Shown here: piece after piece, positions 28,260-41,805 of the stretch
How the letters are laid out: every line of letters starts with the position of its first letter
Numbering within the stretch: position 1 is the stretch's first letter
DNA from: Hydrolagus affinis
Lineage: Eukaryota
Assembly: GCA_012026655.1 (NCBI GenBank)
Contig: JAAILG010000077.1
Location: forward strand, 62,001-126,000
Reading direction: 5' to 3'
DNA length: 64,000 bases
Notes under the pieces: model-generated
Told to the model about the DNA's origin: nothing
The model's database searches: none
The model's input: only the letters and a program-made list of their open reading frames with translations
Program-made: the position numbers and the translations under genes

Positions 28260-29559
28260 CTTTCTCTTGGTTAAGGTGCACAGACCATCCCCAGATGAAT
28301 CTATATATTGTTGGGAGCTGGAATAGTGTGTTTAACAAAAGCCTAACAATCACTTCAAACTCAAACTCTTTAAATTTAAATCCATTGCTAAATGGAACAA
28401 TTATTCCTTGGTTTGCAACACTGTTATTATTTGGGATATTGCTTGCCAGCCATTCAAAATGAAACATTCTTTTACAACGACTCATCTCTAAATGTACATC
28501 ATTTTTTTTTAGTTTATCTTACTTTTGGCATTAAATATTACAGATTGTAATATTTCACAGTCTCACAGACCACTGATATAAACAGTGCTGTAATTAGATT
28601 TTTTTTGAGGAGCTGGATTCAGTTGTGAACAAAAATAGCAAGATGACAACCCTTTAAATTATCCTTTGGACTGCTCTGCTGTTGGAGATTTATACTGCAT
28701 TATAACATGCCCGGAGACACTGCAACAGATCATCTGCTGAAGATTATGACTTCTTGTATTATACAAACTACAAAGTACATTTCTGTATTATATTTGCTGT
28801 TAAGACCCAGCATCGAAGAAGAACATAAAATAACACGCCGTAGCCCATAATTCTCAATGCAATTATTCAATTTTGAGTGTTTTTTTTTAAAAATACTTTA
28901 CAAGTTGAATAACAATTCTTAATTTACCCAAATTGGATGCAGCTAATTTCTTATTAAACCCCCAAAACAACTATCCAAAATTCAAATCTCCTTCATGCAA
29001 CTAAAGGAAAAATATCATCCTTGTAATACAGTATCAATGAATCAATAAGGGTTAGCAAAGCATCAATGTATTAGACCACAAAATGTATATAGAAACTGCA
29101 TATTAACCAGAGCTTTAAAAACACCCACAGAAAACCAGTGCTTCTAAAACACCAACCAAAAATAATTAAAGAAAAGAATCCTAGCTCAGCATTTACAATC
29201 TCTAAGGTTTTTTTCTAGCAATAGTAACCCTATTAATGAGCTTTCAAACGTTGAACATTCAAAAACTGCATTGCCAGAGGTGGATAGGCTGAAACAGAGG
29301 CAAAATTATAATGTTTCCCCAACAGATTCAATGTAGGAACCACCACAGTACATCCCACTCAGCAGTAACCTCTACTCTACTCGAAGGTTACTCCTGTGAA
29401 CTTAACAGTCATGATCTGGGAAAAATTGCCTTGGCTCAAAGTCTAATGACCAGTTACTTCTCCAATAGTTCCCAATCCCTTGCACTTCCTGGCTGTTTGT
29501 GACACCTTTGCTGTATGCAAATCAACTACCAGGTTCACCCACAAATGATACATGGGGGT

Positions 29560-29752
29560 GTGTGGGGGGGTGGCGGGGTGCAGGGTTGGAATGAGGGAGG
29601 ACAGAGAGGTAGGATGCCAGTTGAAAACATGGTCGAAAAGGAGGGTCTTGAGACCAGCCTTGAAGGAGGCAAGGGAGGGAGCAAGACGAAGGGATTGTGG
29701 GATGGAGTTCCAAAGCAAAAGGCACAGCATCAAATGCAAGGATTATTATTAT
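29560..29752 (-). mobile_element. L2 fragment followed by a plus-strand SINE tail
   Basis: LWNSIPQSLRLAPSLASFKAGLKTLLF is the L2 ORF2 terminus. Confidence 0.85.
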
Positions 29753-30914
29753 TAGAGATTGCATTTTAATCCATTTCTATTCATTCCTAGTATGTACAGT
29801 TCATCTTTGGCAAGAACTGTTCAATGTCACATCCACCACTAACTCCATCCTCCCCAAATAATGTGTAGTAATAATAAAATGATAACACTGAGTACCCTCT
29901 GTTCTCAATTTCTTACTTCACATAAGCATGCACACAGTAGTGTGCATTTATACAGAAGGTACTCATTCACCTGCTTGGCATTAATACAATAATTATTTGC
30001 ATGTTCATACTATTTGTCACATCAAAAGCAACAACACTTGCAGTCACTTTTTAATATGCATAGATCTTAGTTTGGGGAAATGCTGTACAGGTAAATCTTC
30101 CAATGATTTCTTCATTTAAGATGGTCACAGACTGTGTTTATGGCATCCATCTCCTGAATTGCCTGTGAAGCCAGACAAGAGGAGCTACCCATTCAAAGCA
30201 GTCAAACGCCTCATGCACTGAGAGATATTAGAGTCTACAACATATTAAAATGACGTGAGGCTGCACTTACAGATGTGGCATCAAAATGTTTGTTCTACAT
30301 CAACCAGATCCAAAATAAATCTCAGCAGGAGAAATCAATGTGGAGTAGTTACTTGATTTGTTTATCCCCATAAACGCACATCAATGTGGGAAGTATGTTG
30401 ACATAACCATATCATGTAAACACTCTGACAGGCAGTACGTGCACTGAGCAATGATGTCGTACAAAAGGCATGAGGCAGGATTAGGAACCATTCCAAATAA
30501 CAGCACTAATCAAATTATCTCCTTGAAGTGGGTTTATCTGATTTCATGCAAAGAAAAGGCAGTTTTACAACAATTTTGCAACAGTGATACTTGGATCAGT
30601 ATCTGTGCAACTTCTTAAATGCATCCTTCAACAACAACAATGACAGCTTGCAGTGATGTAGCGTCTCAGAGCGCTTGGCAAACGAGCACAATTTTGTATC
30701 AAACACTAATATAGACACATTTTTATACATGGTTACTGTATTCAGTAAAGGTACATTGCATTTAAGCTGCATCTTTGGTGGAAAAATTGTCAAGAGTGCA
30801 ACACAAACTAGGTTTGAGTTGATCTCAGTAGCTGTCTATGTGTGGCAGGTGTGAATCCAATTGGGTGCTCTCCCCCAAGAAGTCTGTGGAAAGTTCTCAA
30901 ATGCCTCAATTGAT

Positions 30915-31138
30915 TATAATAATAATAATCCTTGCATTTGATACAGCACTTTTCATGTCTTCTAGATGTCTAGACTGTTTGTCCCACAAACAGTCGTGGA
31001 TTGAAAATTACCCCCCAAATTTTGAGGGATTGGTATTAGACGTGGGGGAAGTAAGGAAACTTGCCCAAGTTTTCACCATGCCGGGAATTGAACTCAGGTT
31101 TCTCGCTTGTAAGGCTCTAACCACTGAGCTACAGGACT
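30915..31138 (-). mobile_element. SINE with internal deletions
   Basis: Head and tail present, central part of core missing. Confidence 0.88.
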
Positions 31139-32469
31139 CTGGGAACTTTGTATTCATCCCATAAACTTCATAATAACATTTAAAAAACAGATAAATCCAA
31201 ACTAGATTTTCAAAGGGCTCAGAGTGATGTAGAGCAGGAATAAAAATCAAGCTCCCTGCTCCAGATCATTCCACCGCTGGTAACAATACCACCACACGCC
31301 CAGAATCACAAGTTAACTCCCAGTCACCTGTGCCTTAGTTATAGGATATAATTGGCACCGAGGCCTCAAGCAGTTACTGACGGCAACGTACAAGCATTCA
31401 TAAATTAAACCAACTTGTCAAATGTTTCTTGGAACCCACTAATTAACTACCTGAAACTCAGCAAGTTATATATATATCTTAATACAGCATTTTACAAGCA
31501 GCTGCATACAGCTCACTGAGTTCAAAGCAGTTGATTGGTTGGTTCCTTTGACAAGACAAACTAGAAGTAACATTTTGCGTCAGATGATTTGCGACTGGTG
31601 TCATTTTGCATTTCTCCAGTTCAAACAATAATGGCTTTGAGCTACAGTGGTTTGTGGCCTGTTGCATATTTCATCAGGCTGGTCCAATTTAGCTCAATAC
31701 ATGATCATCCATTGAAGAATACAGCAAATAAATTTACAAACGTTTGTTTTTTGCTTTTAATACTAAGCAAAACAAAGGGGGAAAAGCATGTGGGCACACA
31801 TACAAACACACATACATACAACAAAAACGCTTGATTCTCAAACATATTGGCTGAGGCTCACTATCTGTCTCACCAGTGAATACCCTCAAAAGTGCTAACA
31901 TGTGTAGAGAACAAAGTACTTTGTACTTTGAGTATTTTGGGTTTTGCCCCTCCCCTCCGTTCATCACTTAGGTAATTCTTCATTCTAAATAAATTAATGT
32001 TTGTCCACAATCTTTGAATGATCCTGAACAACATTATAAACTATTCTCCCGAAGACAAACTCACTGTCAGCTGGCGATTTTTAGTTCTTGTCTCCACTCT
32101 TATCTGGCGTTTAAAATTTACAGCAAGAGTTTTTCATTGTTATATTGATAATAATGCGTAAAAAAATTCCCATAACATGATTCAAAACGAGAAGCAAGTT
32201 TCTCTTGGTATCATGGCCAACAATATCCCAGATAAAATTGGTCATTCACTTCTTGGCTATTTGTGGGAAATTCCTGTGCACGAATTGGCTGCCACAAATA
32301 ATGTCATTAAACTTCACAGTAAATCCTGTGATGCACTCCTGACATGAAAGATGCCAATTCAAATACAAGGATTATTATTACTTATTATTAATTGCTCAAT
32401 GACATTGGGACATTGCCAACTACAGGGAAAGTGAACTACTGTATATATTACAAAACAACACTAGTGATA

Positions 32470-33165
32470 CAACAACAATAAAATTACATTTGTATAGCGC
32501 CTTTTACATTGGGAGGATGTTCCGAGGCACTGGACAGTCAATGTTTCAGACCCGAGCTGGGATTGGGATCGGGAATGGTGGAGATAAAGGAGGGGATTTG
32601 GGGTGACTAATGGGACTGTTGAAGAGGAGGGTCTTGAGGCAGGACTTGAAGGAGGCTAGGGAGAGGGCAAGGTGGAAGGACTGCCCGGAATTCCAGAAGT
32701 TAGGGGTAGAGTGGTTGAAGGCTCACCTGCTGATGGTGGGGTGGGTAGGTCGGGGGACATGGAGCAGGCCGGAGCCTGCTGAGCAGAGGGAGTGGGCAGG
32801 TTAGTAGGGGGTTAGGAGGTCACAAAGGTACAGTGGGGCGAGGCCATGTAGGGTTTTGAAGGTGAGGACCAGTACCTTGAATTCAATCCTCTGGGTGATG
32901 GGGAACCAATGGAGTCAGGTAAGAAAAGGAGGATGATGGGGTCATAGAGCTTGGACCAGATAGAGAACACGGGCCACAGAGCTCTGGATGATCTGTAGCC
33001 TATGGAGGGAGGAATCGGGAAGGATGACAAGCAGGATGGTGAGGTGAGCCTGGATGCAATGAAGGCATGAATGAGGGTTTCAGCTGCCTGAGGGCAATGT
33101 TGTGGAAGTGAGGATCGAACCAGTCGTCTAGGTTCCTGACTGGCTTGGTGAGGTGGAGTGTGCAA
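32470..33165 (-). mobile_element. L2-clade LINE 3' fragment (degenerate RT C-terminus and 3' UTR)
   Basis: AAETLIHAFIASRL motif in ORF 32812..33165; (TTG)n tail; homologous to 63075-63650. Confidence 0.9.
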
Positions 33166-33412
33166 CCATGGAGGCTGATGCTGCCAGTGCCTGATGTATG
33201 AAGGCGCTGGCGTGAGTCAATCAATACGATGGAATGCAAACAATGAAAATACAACAATATTTTGATTGTGGCCAATAGAAAGTTCGTCAATAATTCAGTA
33301 AATAAGCTGAATCATTGCTGACTTCATCTTCTTCACGAATGGTAAATGTGAAAAAGCATCTGATAAAAAAAATCCAACTTCAATTTGGCAATATGGTAAA
33401 TATTAGAACTTT

Positions 33413-33713
33413 TCCTGTGGCTCAGTGATTAGAGCACGTGCCTTACAAGCGTGAGACCTGTGTTTGAATCCAGGCAGGTCAGACCGAAACCTTGGCTAAG
33501 TTTCCTTACTCCACACACCTAATAATAATCCCTCAATAAAAAATTGGTGATTTCAATTCACAACTGTTTGTGGGACACTGCTGTGCGCAATTGGCTGCCG
33601 CATTTTGCCCACAAATGTACAATCAATTCACTTTGCAGTATATTCTGTGAAGCGCCTTGAGACGTTAATAAAATATGAAAAGCACTATATCAAATGCAAG
33701 GATTATTATTATT
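33413..33713 (+). mobile_element. tRNA-derived SINE, full length
   Basis: Same family, (ATT)n tail. Confidence 0.93.
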
Positions 33714-36700
33714 AGGATAAATGAGAGAGAAATTGTGAATACTGTTATGACAAACTTTTACTTAAATAGTACTCTATTATCACAGAAGCTGTTACAGATT
33801 TAATACATTTCTAAATGACAAAAATAAATGGAACATACAAAAATATATGGAAAATAAATAGGGAAATCCATTGGCACAGAAGCCTGATAGTTTTCAACAC
33901 CTAAAACTCTTTTTATGTTTTTCAGTTAGTTTCAATACAGATATTGCTACACTTACTGTAATACTGCTGCATAAAAGCATAACACTTCTAGTGCACATCA
34001 TCTGTTTTGTGTCTATGAAACAATCCATGTACGTAGGTTTAGGGAGGGGGAAAGGGAATAATCAATCATTCGCAGCAGTTCTGTTTTCACTGAAAGTATT
34101 TGTCCCCCTATCCATTTTCTTTTCTGCTCGAAGCAAAAACTTTCCATGATGAAGAATCCCCATTGAACTAATGGGATTGCTGTGCAACAGGAAAGTATGT
34201 TTCTTTCATGCCTCAGGCTTTAAATAAATAGGCCTCTGAAGTGCCTCAGAACACAGATTGTCCCACTTAACCCTTGTATTTTCCACTATTCAAACCTACA
34301 ATTTTATAGGATTTAACACAAAGATGCTGTGCTTCTCAAAGAGCCTCGGCTTCCATTACTACAGTGCTGCCTCACATTTATAGATTGCTCATTACTAAGA
34401 CTCATTAGATGAGGCCTTACGTTCCCAGCAGATTCATATTCACCTGTCAGCAGGAGGAAGACATCAAAGGAATATGTCTGAAAGAGAAAGAGCTGGAATT
34501 GTATAAATGACTTTTAAGTACTGTATTAGAAATCTTATTATATGGCCTCCCACAGATTTAGAATGTAAATGGGACAAAGCCATCATATGATTTAAAATAA
34601 TAATGCACAATCTTCAATATTAGACTGCCTGGAATACCTCAGAACATGCTTTTGCTAACAATGCCATAACAAGACTGTACATGATGCAGCCTAGATGGCT
34701 CTGCTTCCTATTTTGTTACCTGAGAAATGCAATGGTTATTTAAAATGCAGTCGCTGCTAAACTTTAGCAATTACACATGGTTTCCCATTTGTGTTGTTGG
34801 GAGTCTATACAACTGCAAAGCCAGTGTCTACAAGTTCCTTTCGGACTGATCTGCACAACATTCAATGTTATTTTGGTAATCAAACAATGCACATTAGTAC
34901 AAAAAAATGAAATCCTCATAAAATGCAAATTTTCACAGCTTCCACAGGTTTTGTCGTATATAGAGTAATATATATAAATAAACACAGATATTTGAAAAAA
35001 AACTATAAGAAAACCAGCTTTAAAAAATACAGAAAATCAACTTCACAAATAAGAAGTTGTTCAACATTCAAATTTGGCAAATTCTGGACATTCTGAAATC
35101 CAGGTGTAATTTCTCCGCAGCAATGCCTTCTAAATTGGACTCTGGACTGAAAAATGTAGGCAAACACAAAATGCCACTTGCCATTTTGCAACCTGCTGTA
35201 TGTAAGGAATGATTGCTCATGCTTCCTAAACATAAACTTTGCATAAAAACACTTAATTGAGGTTAACAATAAAAATTCAAGGCCTAATGTGGCACTAATA
35301 GTTTCTGAAAAGGACATTCGATGCCCTGAGCTCACAGTCTCTAAGCATTAGTCAGTTTCCACTTATTATTTATTTTGATAAAGAGAATTTACTTAGCCCC
35401 GATGTCATATATGTTCTCTTTCAATTATTGTTTTCACATCTGAAGCTTTTCAGAGAAAGAAACACAGACTGGCTCAATAAAGTAACTGGACCAATTTTCT
35501 TACCAGAAGTGTGATGTGCTGTAGATCACCTATTCACCTGTCTAGAGAGTAAGCAGGAAATTCCACACAACAATAACAAATTACATTTTTATAGCGTCTT
35601 TCATGTCAAGAGGATGTCCCAAGGCATTGAGACATCAAGCAAAGAATAAAACTTTTTCTATATTACTGTATTTACATTTATATAGTATTTACATATCAGG
35701 ACGATTGAAAGGTTGGAACTTTAAATGTTTCTGCACTGACACCTAAACCGGCATGAAGTCCATACCTTTGATCAATCTTTTTTTTTAATTTCTGCATCAT
35801 TAAACTCACTCATTTACCTTCCTGTCAAGTATTTCAAGTTTTCACGCTTTATCTGTTTCATGTGAAACTTATCCCTTTACAAAATGACCTGAGTTGTGTC
35901 ACACTATACACGTTCAAATGTAACTTAATATCATTAATGAACCTAAAGGTGTGTATGCTTCACTATTTGTGGTCAGCCAGGGTCGACTGTCATAGAACCC
36001 TCTTGTGTGAAAATACTAGTTCAAGGCATTTTTTATTAACTAATGTTGATTTGCCCCAACAACAGTGGAGACATTAACATGTTTCGGCCAGCTGTTCTCA
36101 TCACATCAAAAGACCGGCCCTGTCAAACAAGCTTAAAACTGATTTTCTGGACTAACACGGTCTAATGGCCCAGCACCTTTAAAATGAAATAGAAAGATGT
36201 GTACGATTTATGTGATAAGGTATGCTTAGAGTTAAAGTATCATTGAAGAAAACCATTCACTGCTATTGTTTTTGATGACCGATAATCCACTGCAAAAGTG
36301 TTGTGTCTTGTAACATTGCATTTAAGAATGAAATTCAATTTGTATTTCGATTAACTTTTGCCATACTTTGTGACAAAAAATATATTTCACCCACAAAACA
36401 CACAGTCAATCTACTTTACAATATATTCCATGAATCACTATGAGATGTCTTAATGACCCGATAAGGCGCTATATCAAATGCAATCATTATTATTATTATA
36501 TTATTGAAGACAAGGAAATATCCAATTCATGGTACAGAGATTTTCTTTATTTTTAGTCATGTTGATGCATTTAACTGCTAAAGTTTTAAGATATGAGTTC
36601 CCTCAGTATTCCCTAAAAGTGTAAACTTGATTGCAAACTTAAGGATCAATTAAGGAACTCATAGACAAGAAGAGTTCTTGCGACCTGAGGAGCATTGAGC

Positions 36701-36929
36701 AAGCTACAGTACGTCTGTGGGACGTCGCTGTGTGCAACCTGCTGCCATGTTTGCCTACAAAAATACGTAGTCAATACCTTCTATAGTTAATGCTGTGAGG
36801 TCCTCCTAACATGAAAGCATTATTTCAAATGCAAGTTTTTTTAAACTCTAAATAAGACCCATGTATGCTCAATAAGCACTTTTTTTTTAACTTCACTAAA
36901 GGAAGCTTGGGAAACCAAATGGAGTCCTG

Positions 36930-37143
36930 TCAAAAACATCCGTCAAAAAAAAACACAATAATAAAAAAAAATTGGTCATTTTCAATCCACGACTGTTTGT
37001 GGGACACTGCTGTGCGCAATTGGCTGCCGCGTTTCGCCCACAAATATACACTCAGTTTACTTTGCAGTACATTCTGTGAAGCGTTTTGAGATGTCTTAGA
37101 AGACGTGAAAAGCGCTACATCAAAATGCAAGAATTATTATTAT
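36930..37143 (+). mobile_element. SINE 3' two-thirds
   Basis: Core and tail match the family. Confidence 0.9.
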
Positions 37144-38261
37144 TGTTATACATATGTTTTGAACAGTAGTCTTTAAAAGAGAAGCTTTGTCGTAAAGTCA
37201 GTTATAAATTGTCCCCTGAACCTCTCCTTGCTATGCCACACTCCATACACCTTTGAGACAACATGAGTTAAGGGTGCATTCAATTCCTGGGCATATAAAG
37301 TCTGTTAGATACCATGCAGCCTCCATGCACCAGCTGCAAAATGTACTGAAGTCCTGAAGGTCATGGCCCAGATATTTTTTTATTTCCATAGCAGAATCCA
37401 GATGGGTAGGAATCTCTTTCCCCTGAAATAATTCAGTCCTATTGATCTATGGGGTAATAGGGTCCTTTCTGCAAACAGCTTACAGATGTGAATGGTAGCA
37501 TACCAGATTTATTGAGCAAATGTTCACAAGCAGATGTCTTCAATAGGATCATTGCAGGTTCCAGCCTCTATCATAGTATTGCCCTATTAAAGATTATAAT
37601 ACAGACTATCAAACCGCAGATCAGAAATGCAATTATTTGATGTTTTCTGCAGTTTAGTTGTCTGTATATTGTTCTATGGGTTTGTCTGTATTGGGATCTC
37701 TGACCAGCTAATAGATAACCGAGCAAATCCCTGAGCTTCCACTAAAATGACATTGTTCTTTAGGGAAGACATCAACAAAATGGTGAGGAAGCTACAAACA
37801 CAAGATCCCGCTGAGCATTACAAATAGAGACCTCCTCACTTTTAAAGGGATGTTCATCTTGCCACAAATAGAAGTGCAATTGATTCACGCTCCAACATGT
37901 TAGGATTCAACTACTCTCACCTCAAAGAAATCGAAACAAGCAATACCCTTATACCTCCCTCAAAGCAGTGAGCCCTACATTTCTGCTCCAAATTAGCCTT
38001 ACCAGAGGGTCTAAATACAATGGATTTGCTTGTCAATTCTTCAAATTGCTGCGGGTTTATTATTAAGATGTAATGAGGGAGGTTTTTGTCTAATGGACCT
38101 CAAACCAGAGAGGTTAACTGTAGAGTTTAACTGGGACAATTTGAGGGAAAATCTATTGGGTGAGTCAGGATGCAGGTGATTCCTCCAGAGTGATGGACAA
38201 AATACAGAAAAAATTTCAATTGTTGCATGGAATAGCTTCTTTAGAGTTATGTCAAAGCCAA

Positions 38262-38501
38262 ATTTGGTCACTCAATCTACCACTGTTTGTGGACACTGCT
38301 GCGTGCAATTGGCGGCCGGGTTTCGTCCACAACAACAACAAAATTACATTTTTGAATGTAATTAAAATTCACAAAGTGAATTTTTAAATTCATAAATTGA
38401 ATTATCATACACTTAATTCACTTTACAGTATATTCTGTGTGGAGCTTTGGGACGTCTCAAAGACCTAATCAGGTGCTGTATCGAACGCAAGGATTGTTAT
38501 T
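38262..38501 (+). mobile_element. SINE 3' part interrupted by a ~75-bp hairpin-rich insert
   Basis: Family core resumes after about 38407. Confidence 0.8.
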
Positions 38502-40400
38502 AAATTATAAATTCTGTGCTATAGAACTGATTAGATGTAGCCATAACATATATCATAAAACATAGCTGCCTCCCCTATGTAACAGGGCACAGAGCATTGA
38601 GGCGTCAAGTGTTTCTTTAAATTCAAATAGGAGAGAAAGAATGAATCTTCCACAATGTATAATTTTCTTTAATTTTGTTCTACAAAATTCAGTGAATTGT
38701 ATTTATAAATTATTTTTTAAAATGGGTGATAGTTCGAAACAGACTATAAATACTCACAGATTAGAGGTTTTTTTTTGCAGGCCCCTGAAATGATCTTGGT
38801 ACCAATAAAACTGGTAAAGGGCATTTAGCAAAATCGATCAAACACTAGGCTTATCAAATGTGTCAAGAAAGGAGTCTGTACAACAAAGTATACCAGGAGC
38901 AAAATCATTATAATATTGTACAAAGAAACTGCCTGTAGCAATGTTAATAATTTACTATATTTTCCCCGTTGTAAATGTGCATCAGCAAAGTGGCTACAAT
39001 TTGTGGCAAGAGAAATTTCTCACCCTTCATGCTGATATCAATAGTGCCACACAGCACTGAATTTCACAGCATATATTTGCTACTTGGGAAATCAACCTGT
39101 TTAAATTCTATTCTATATTTATTTTGGTGTAAAGAGTTATTAACCTTCCTGGGGGCATTGTTTTTAAATAATTGTCACACGTTTTGCAGTGATAATTTTG
39201 ACACTGAACAGATAATTCGCAGAACCACATGCTGCAGTTATATATACATTCTAGCACACTGAATGTGGCCATCGTGTAGAGAAGCAGAAGTGATACTTTG
39301 CCTATAATCATTTCCTCAATTACAGTGGTAGGATCTTGTATCTTGCAGATTGTTAGCACTAAAACACTACAGCTAACCAACCTAGTCTAAGTAATAGCCC
39401 CAAAATATAAGCATTACTGAAAAAGGTCACAAACTGTATCTTGCAATTGTCAGGTGGGATGCAGCTCTGAAAAATTCCTATCCTTTACAACGCTTAACTT
39501 GGTTGTAAGTACAGTTCACCTAACAGGTAACAATGCAAATGTTCCTTGCTTTGCAAACATAGTATGCTTCAACTGTACATATCACTAAAACATAGTTTTT
39601 AGTTGTGTTGCCTTTCCCCATATTAATTTGGAATTCAAACCCAAATCTGAAAAATAACTGTTCAAAATCAGATTGTGTGTGACGAAGAATTTCTGAAACC
39701 ATTCAGAATAATTTCCCTGCCAGGTTTGTCTCCTCTTGGAAATAAATAGTTGTCAGCCTGTTGATTGCGTTAGATAGTTTAAAAGTCCATTGCGTTGTGT
39801 TGCTTTGTAAGGTGTCCCCATGATCTCCAACATCTGTGAAATCTGAAGAGCTAATAACCTACAGCAAATCTAAAGCAGAGAAGCAAACGTGGTGTAAAAA
39901 CTGCTTGCCTCTTTGAACATCAGTCTGCTGGTTACGGAGCCTCTAATACTGCTGTGAATTCCGAGGTTCTGTTTTGGAGTAGCTTCTTAAGAAAACAAAA
40001 CTCATTTGATCACTGTGTTCGAACAAACACGTACGCGAACAAGTCTTACATATATTCTCCAAGTACAACATTTTAAAGGGGCTTGAAATAATCCTACAGA
40101 ATCCGACTGCATTCTATCAAACGGGAAAAAATCAATGTAATGGTTTGTGACAGAGTGCACATTGTGCAAATGTTGATAATGGCGCATGTAATATGCATAT
40201 ATCAACTGGGAGCTGAGTGCTAATTCAGCAGAAAGCTGCATGGTTTATTTATTTTGTCGCATTCCCGATTTAGACTGTAACTAAATTGAAATGTTTATTC
40301 TAGCAAACACCTTTCTGTCATTATTAGATTATTTTATTGAGTATATTTGTTTACCAATGGCCCCACTATTGAATCATCTGAAATGGACTCTTCAAGATTT

Positions 40401-40725
40401 AATCCTGTAGCTCAGTGGTTAGAGCACTCGCCTTACAAGCCTGAGATCACAGACCTGTGTTTCGAATCCAGGCAGGTCAAAGCCAAATCTTAGGCAAGTT
40501 TCCTTACTCCACATGCCCAATAATAATCTGTCCCCAAAAAACTATAATAAACTGGTCATTTTCAATCCACGACTGTTCATGGGAAACCGTAGTGCGCAAC
40601 TGGCTGCCCCGTTTCGCCCACAAATATACAGTCAATTCACTTTACAGTATATTCTATGAAGCGCTTTGAGATGTCTAGAAGACGTGAAAAGTGCCAAATC
40701 CAATGCAAGGATTATTATTATTTAT
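40401..40725 (+). mobile_element. tRNA-derived SINE, full length
   Basis: Same family, intact A/B boxes. Confidence 0.93.
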
Positions 40726-41597
40726 TTTATTCAAGTATAAATTTACAACTTGCTCGTTGGATATGAAATAACAGATTATTAAACAGAAATTCCCCTGCAG
40801 TTCTTAAAAGAACTTTAAAATAACAGCTTCAAAATTAAAGACTTTATTTAAGAACTTGACAAATTCTGGGCATTCTGAAATGTGACATTAATAGGGGTGA
40901 AATTTCTACCCATCTGTTTTTTGCATTTGTTGGTGATTGTACAGAGTACATTCAAATTGCTGTCACACGTTTTAACAAATACTAAGTGATGCTCACTTAT
41001 TTTGCAAATCCTGCACTGCCATCTAAAACATAATATTTGTAACGTAGATTTCAGTCTTAATATCACATTTGCACACCAGAATATTTAAATGCATTCGATA
41101 ATAAAGTATAAATACTGTATATTGTGTCACATGATAAACAGATATTTGCTCCACAAAGATGCAATTTGTGAAGTCACAGAGTGAATCTGAGTTATGCAGA
41201 CTGAGAAGGACTTAGGTTTAGCTAATAAACGGGATGAAAGTGACAATGTTGTCAGCAGCAGCAGTGTCCCCTGTTGTAGGAAGGGATCAAATCAGCCGGA
41301 GAGCCCATCCCAATCAATATCCAGTGATTATTACTGGATATACAACGTCCTGTAATCTCTATACATTATTGCACATTAACTCACTGTAAAGTCAGTAACT
41401 TGTGTAAAAACTATCACATCGAGGGTATGTTGTGCACAAGGGCAGCCTCTGCTGGCACATAAACTCACTTAAAATTAAGTAACACTTGAACAAATGCAAA
41501 AACATGATAGATCATAAGCAAACGACAGGCACTGAGGACTTGAAAGCTACAGTCTAAGCGCACATGTTAATGTCTTTTTAACAGAACTACCTATGTA

Positions 41598-41805
41598 TAG
41601 TAAAAGCCCGTTTATCTGGCACCCTCTGGACCTGGCCAATGCCAGTTACAGCGCCTGCCAGATATTCGGCCGAAAACGCCCAAAAAATTTGAACAAATAA
41701 TTTTTTTTCAATTTATTTTTCTGGATAAATTCCGGTTAATCTAATGCGGACTGTTTTTTTGCGATGCCAGTTATACAGAAGTTACGGTTAAATAGGCTTT
41801 TACTG
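41598..41805. mobile_element. Tc1/mariner (pogo/Tigger-like) MITE, 208 bp
   Basis: Imperfect ~21-bp TIRs TAGTAAAAGCCCGTTTATCTG and CGGTTAAATAGGCTTTTACTG; TA on the left flank, CA on the right. Confidence 0.78.
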
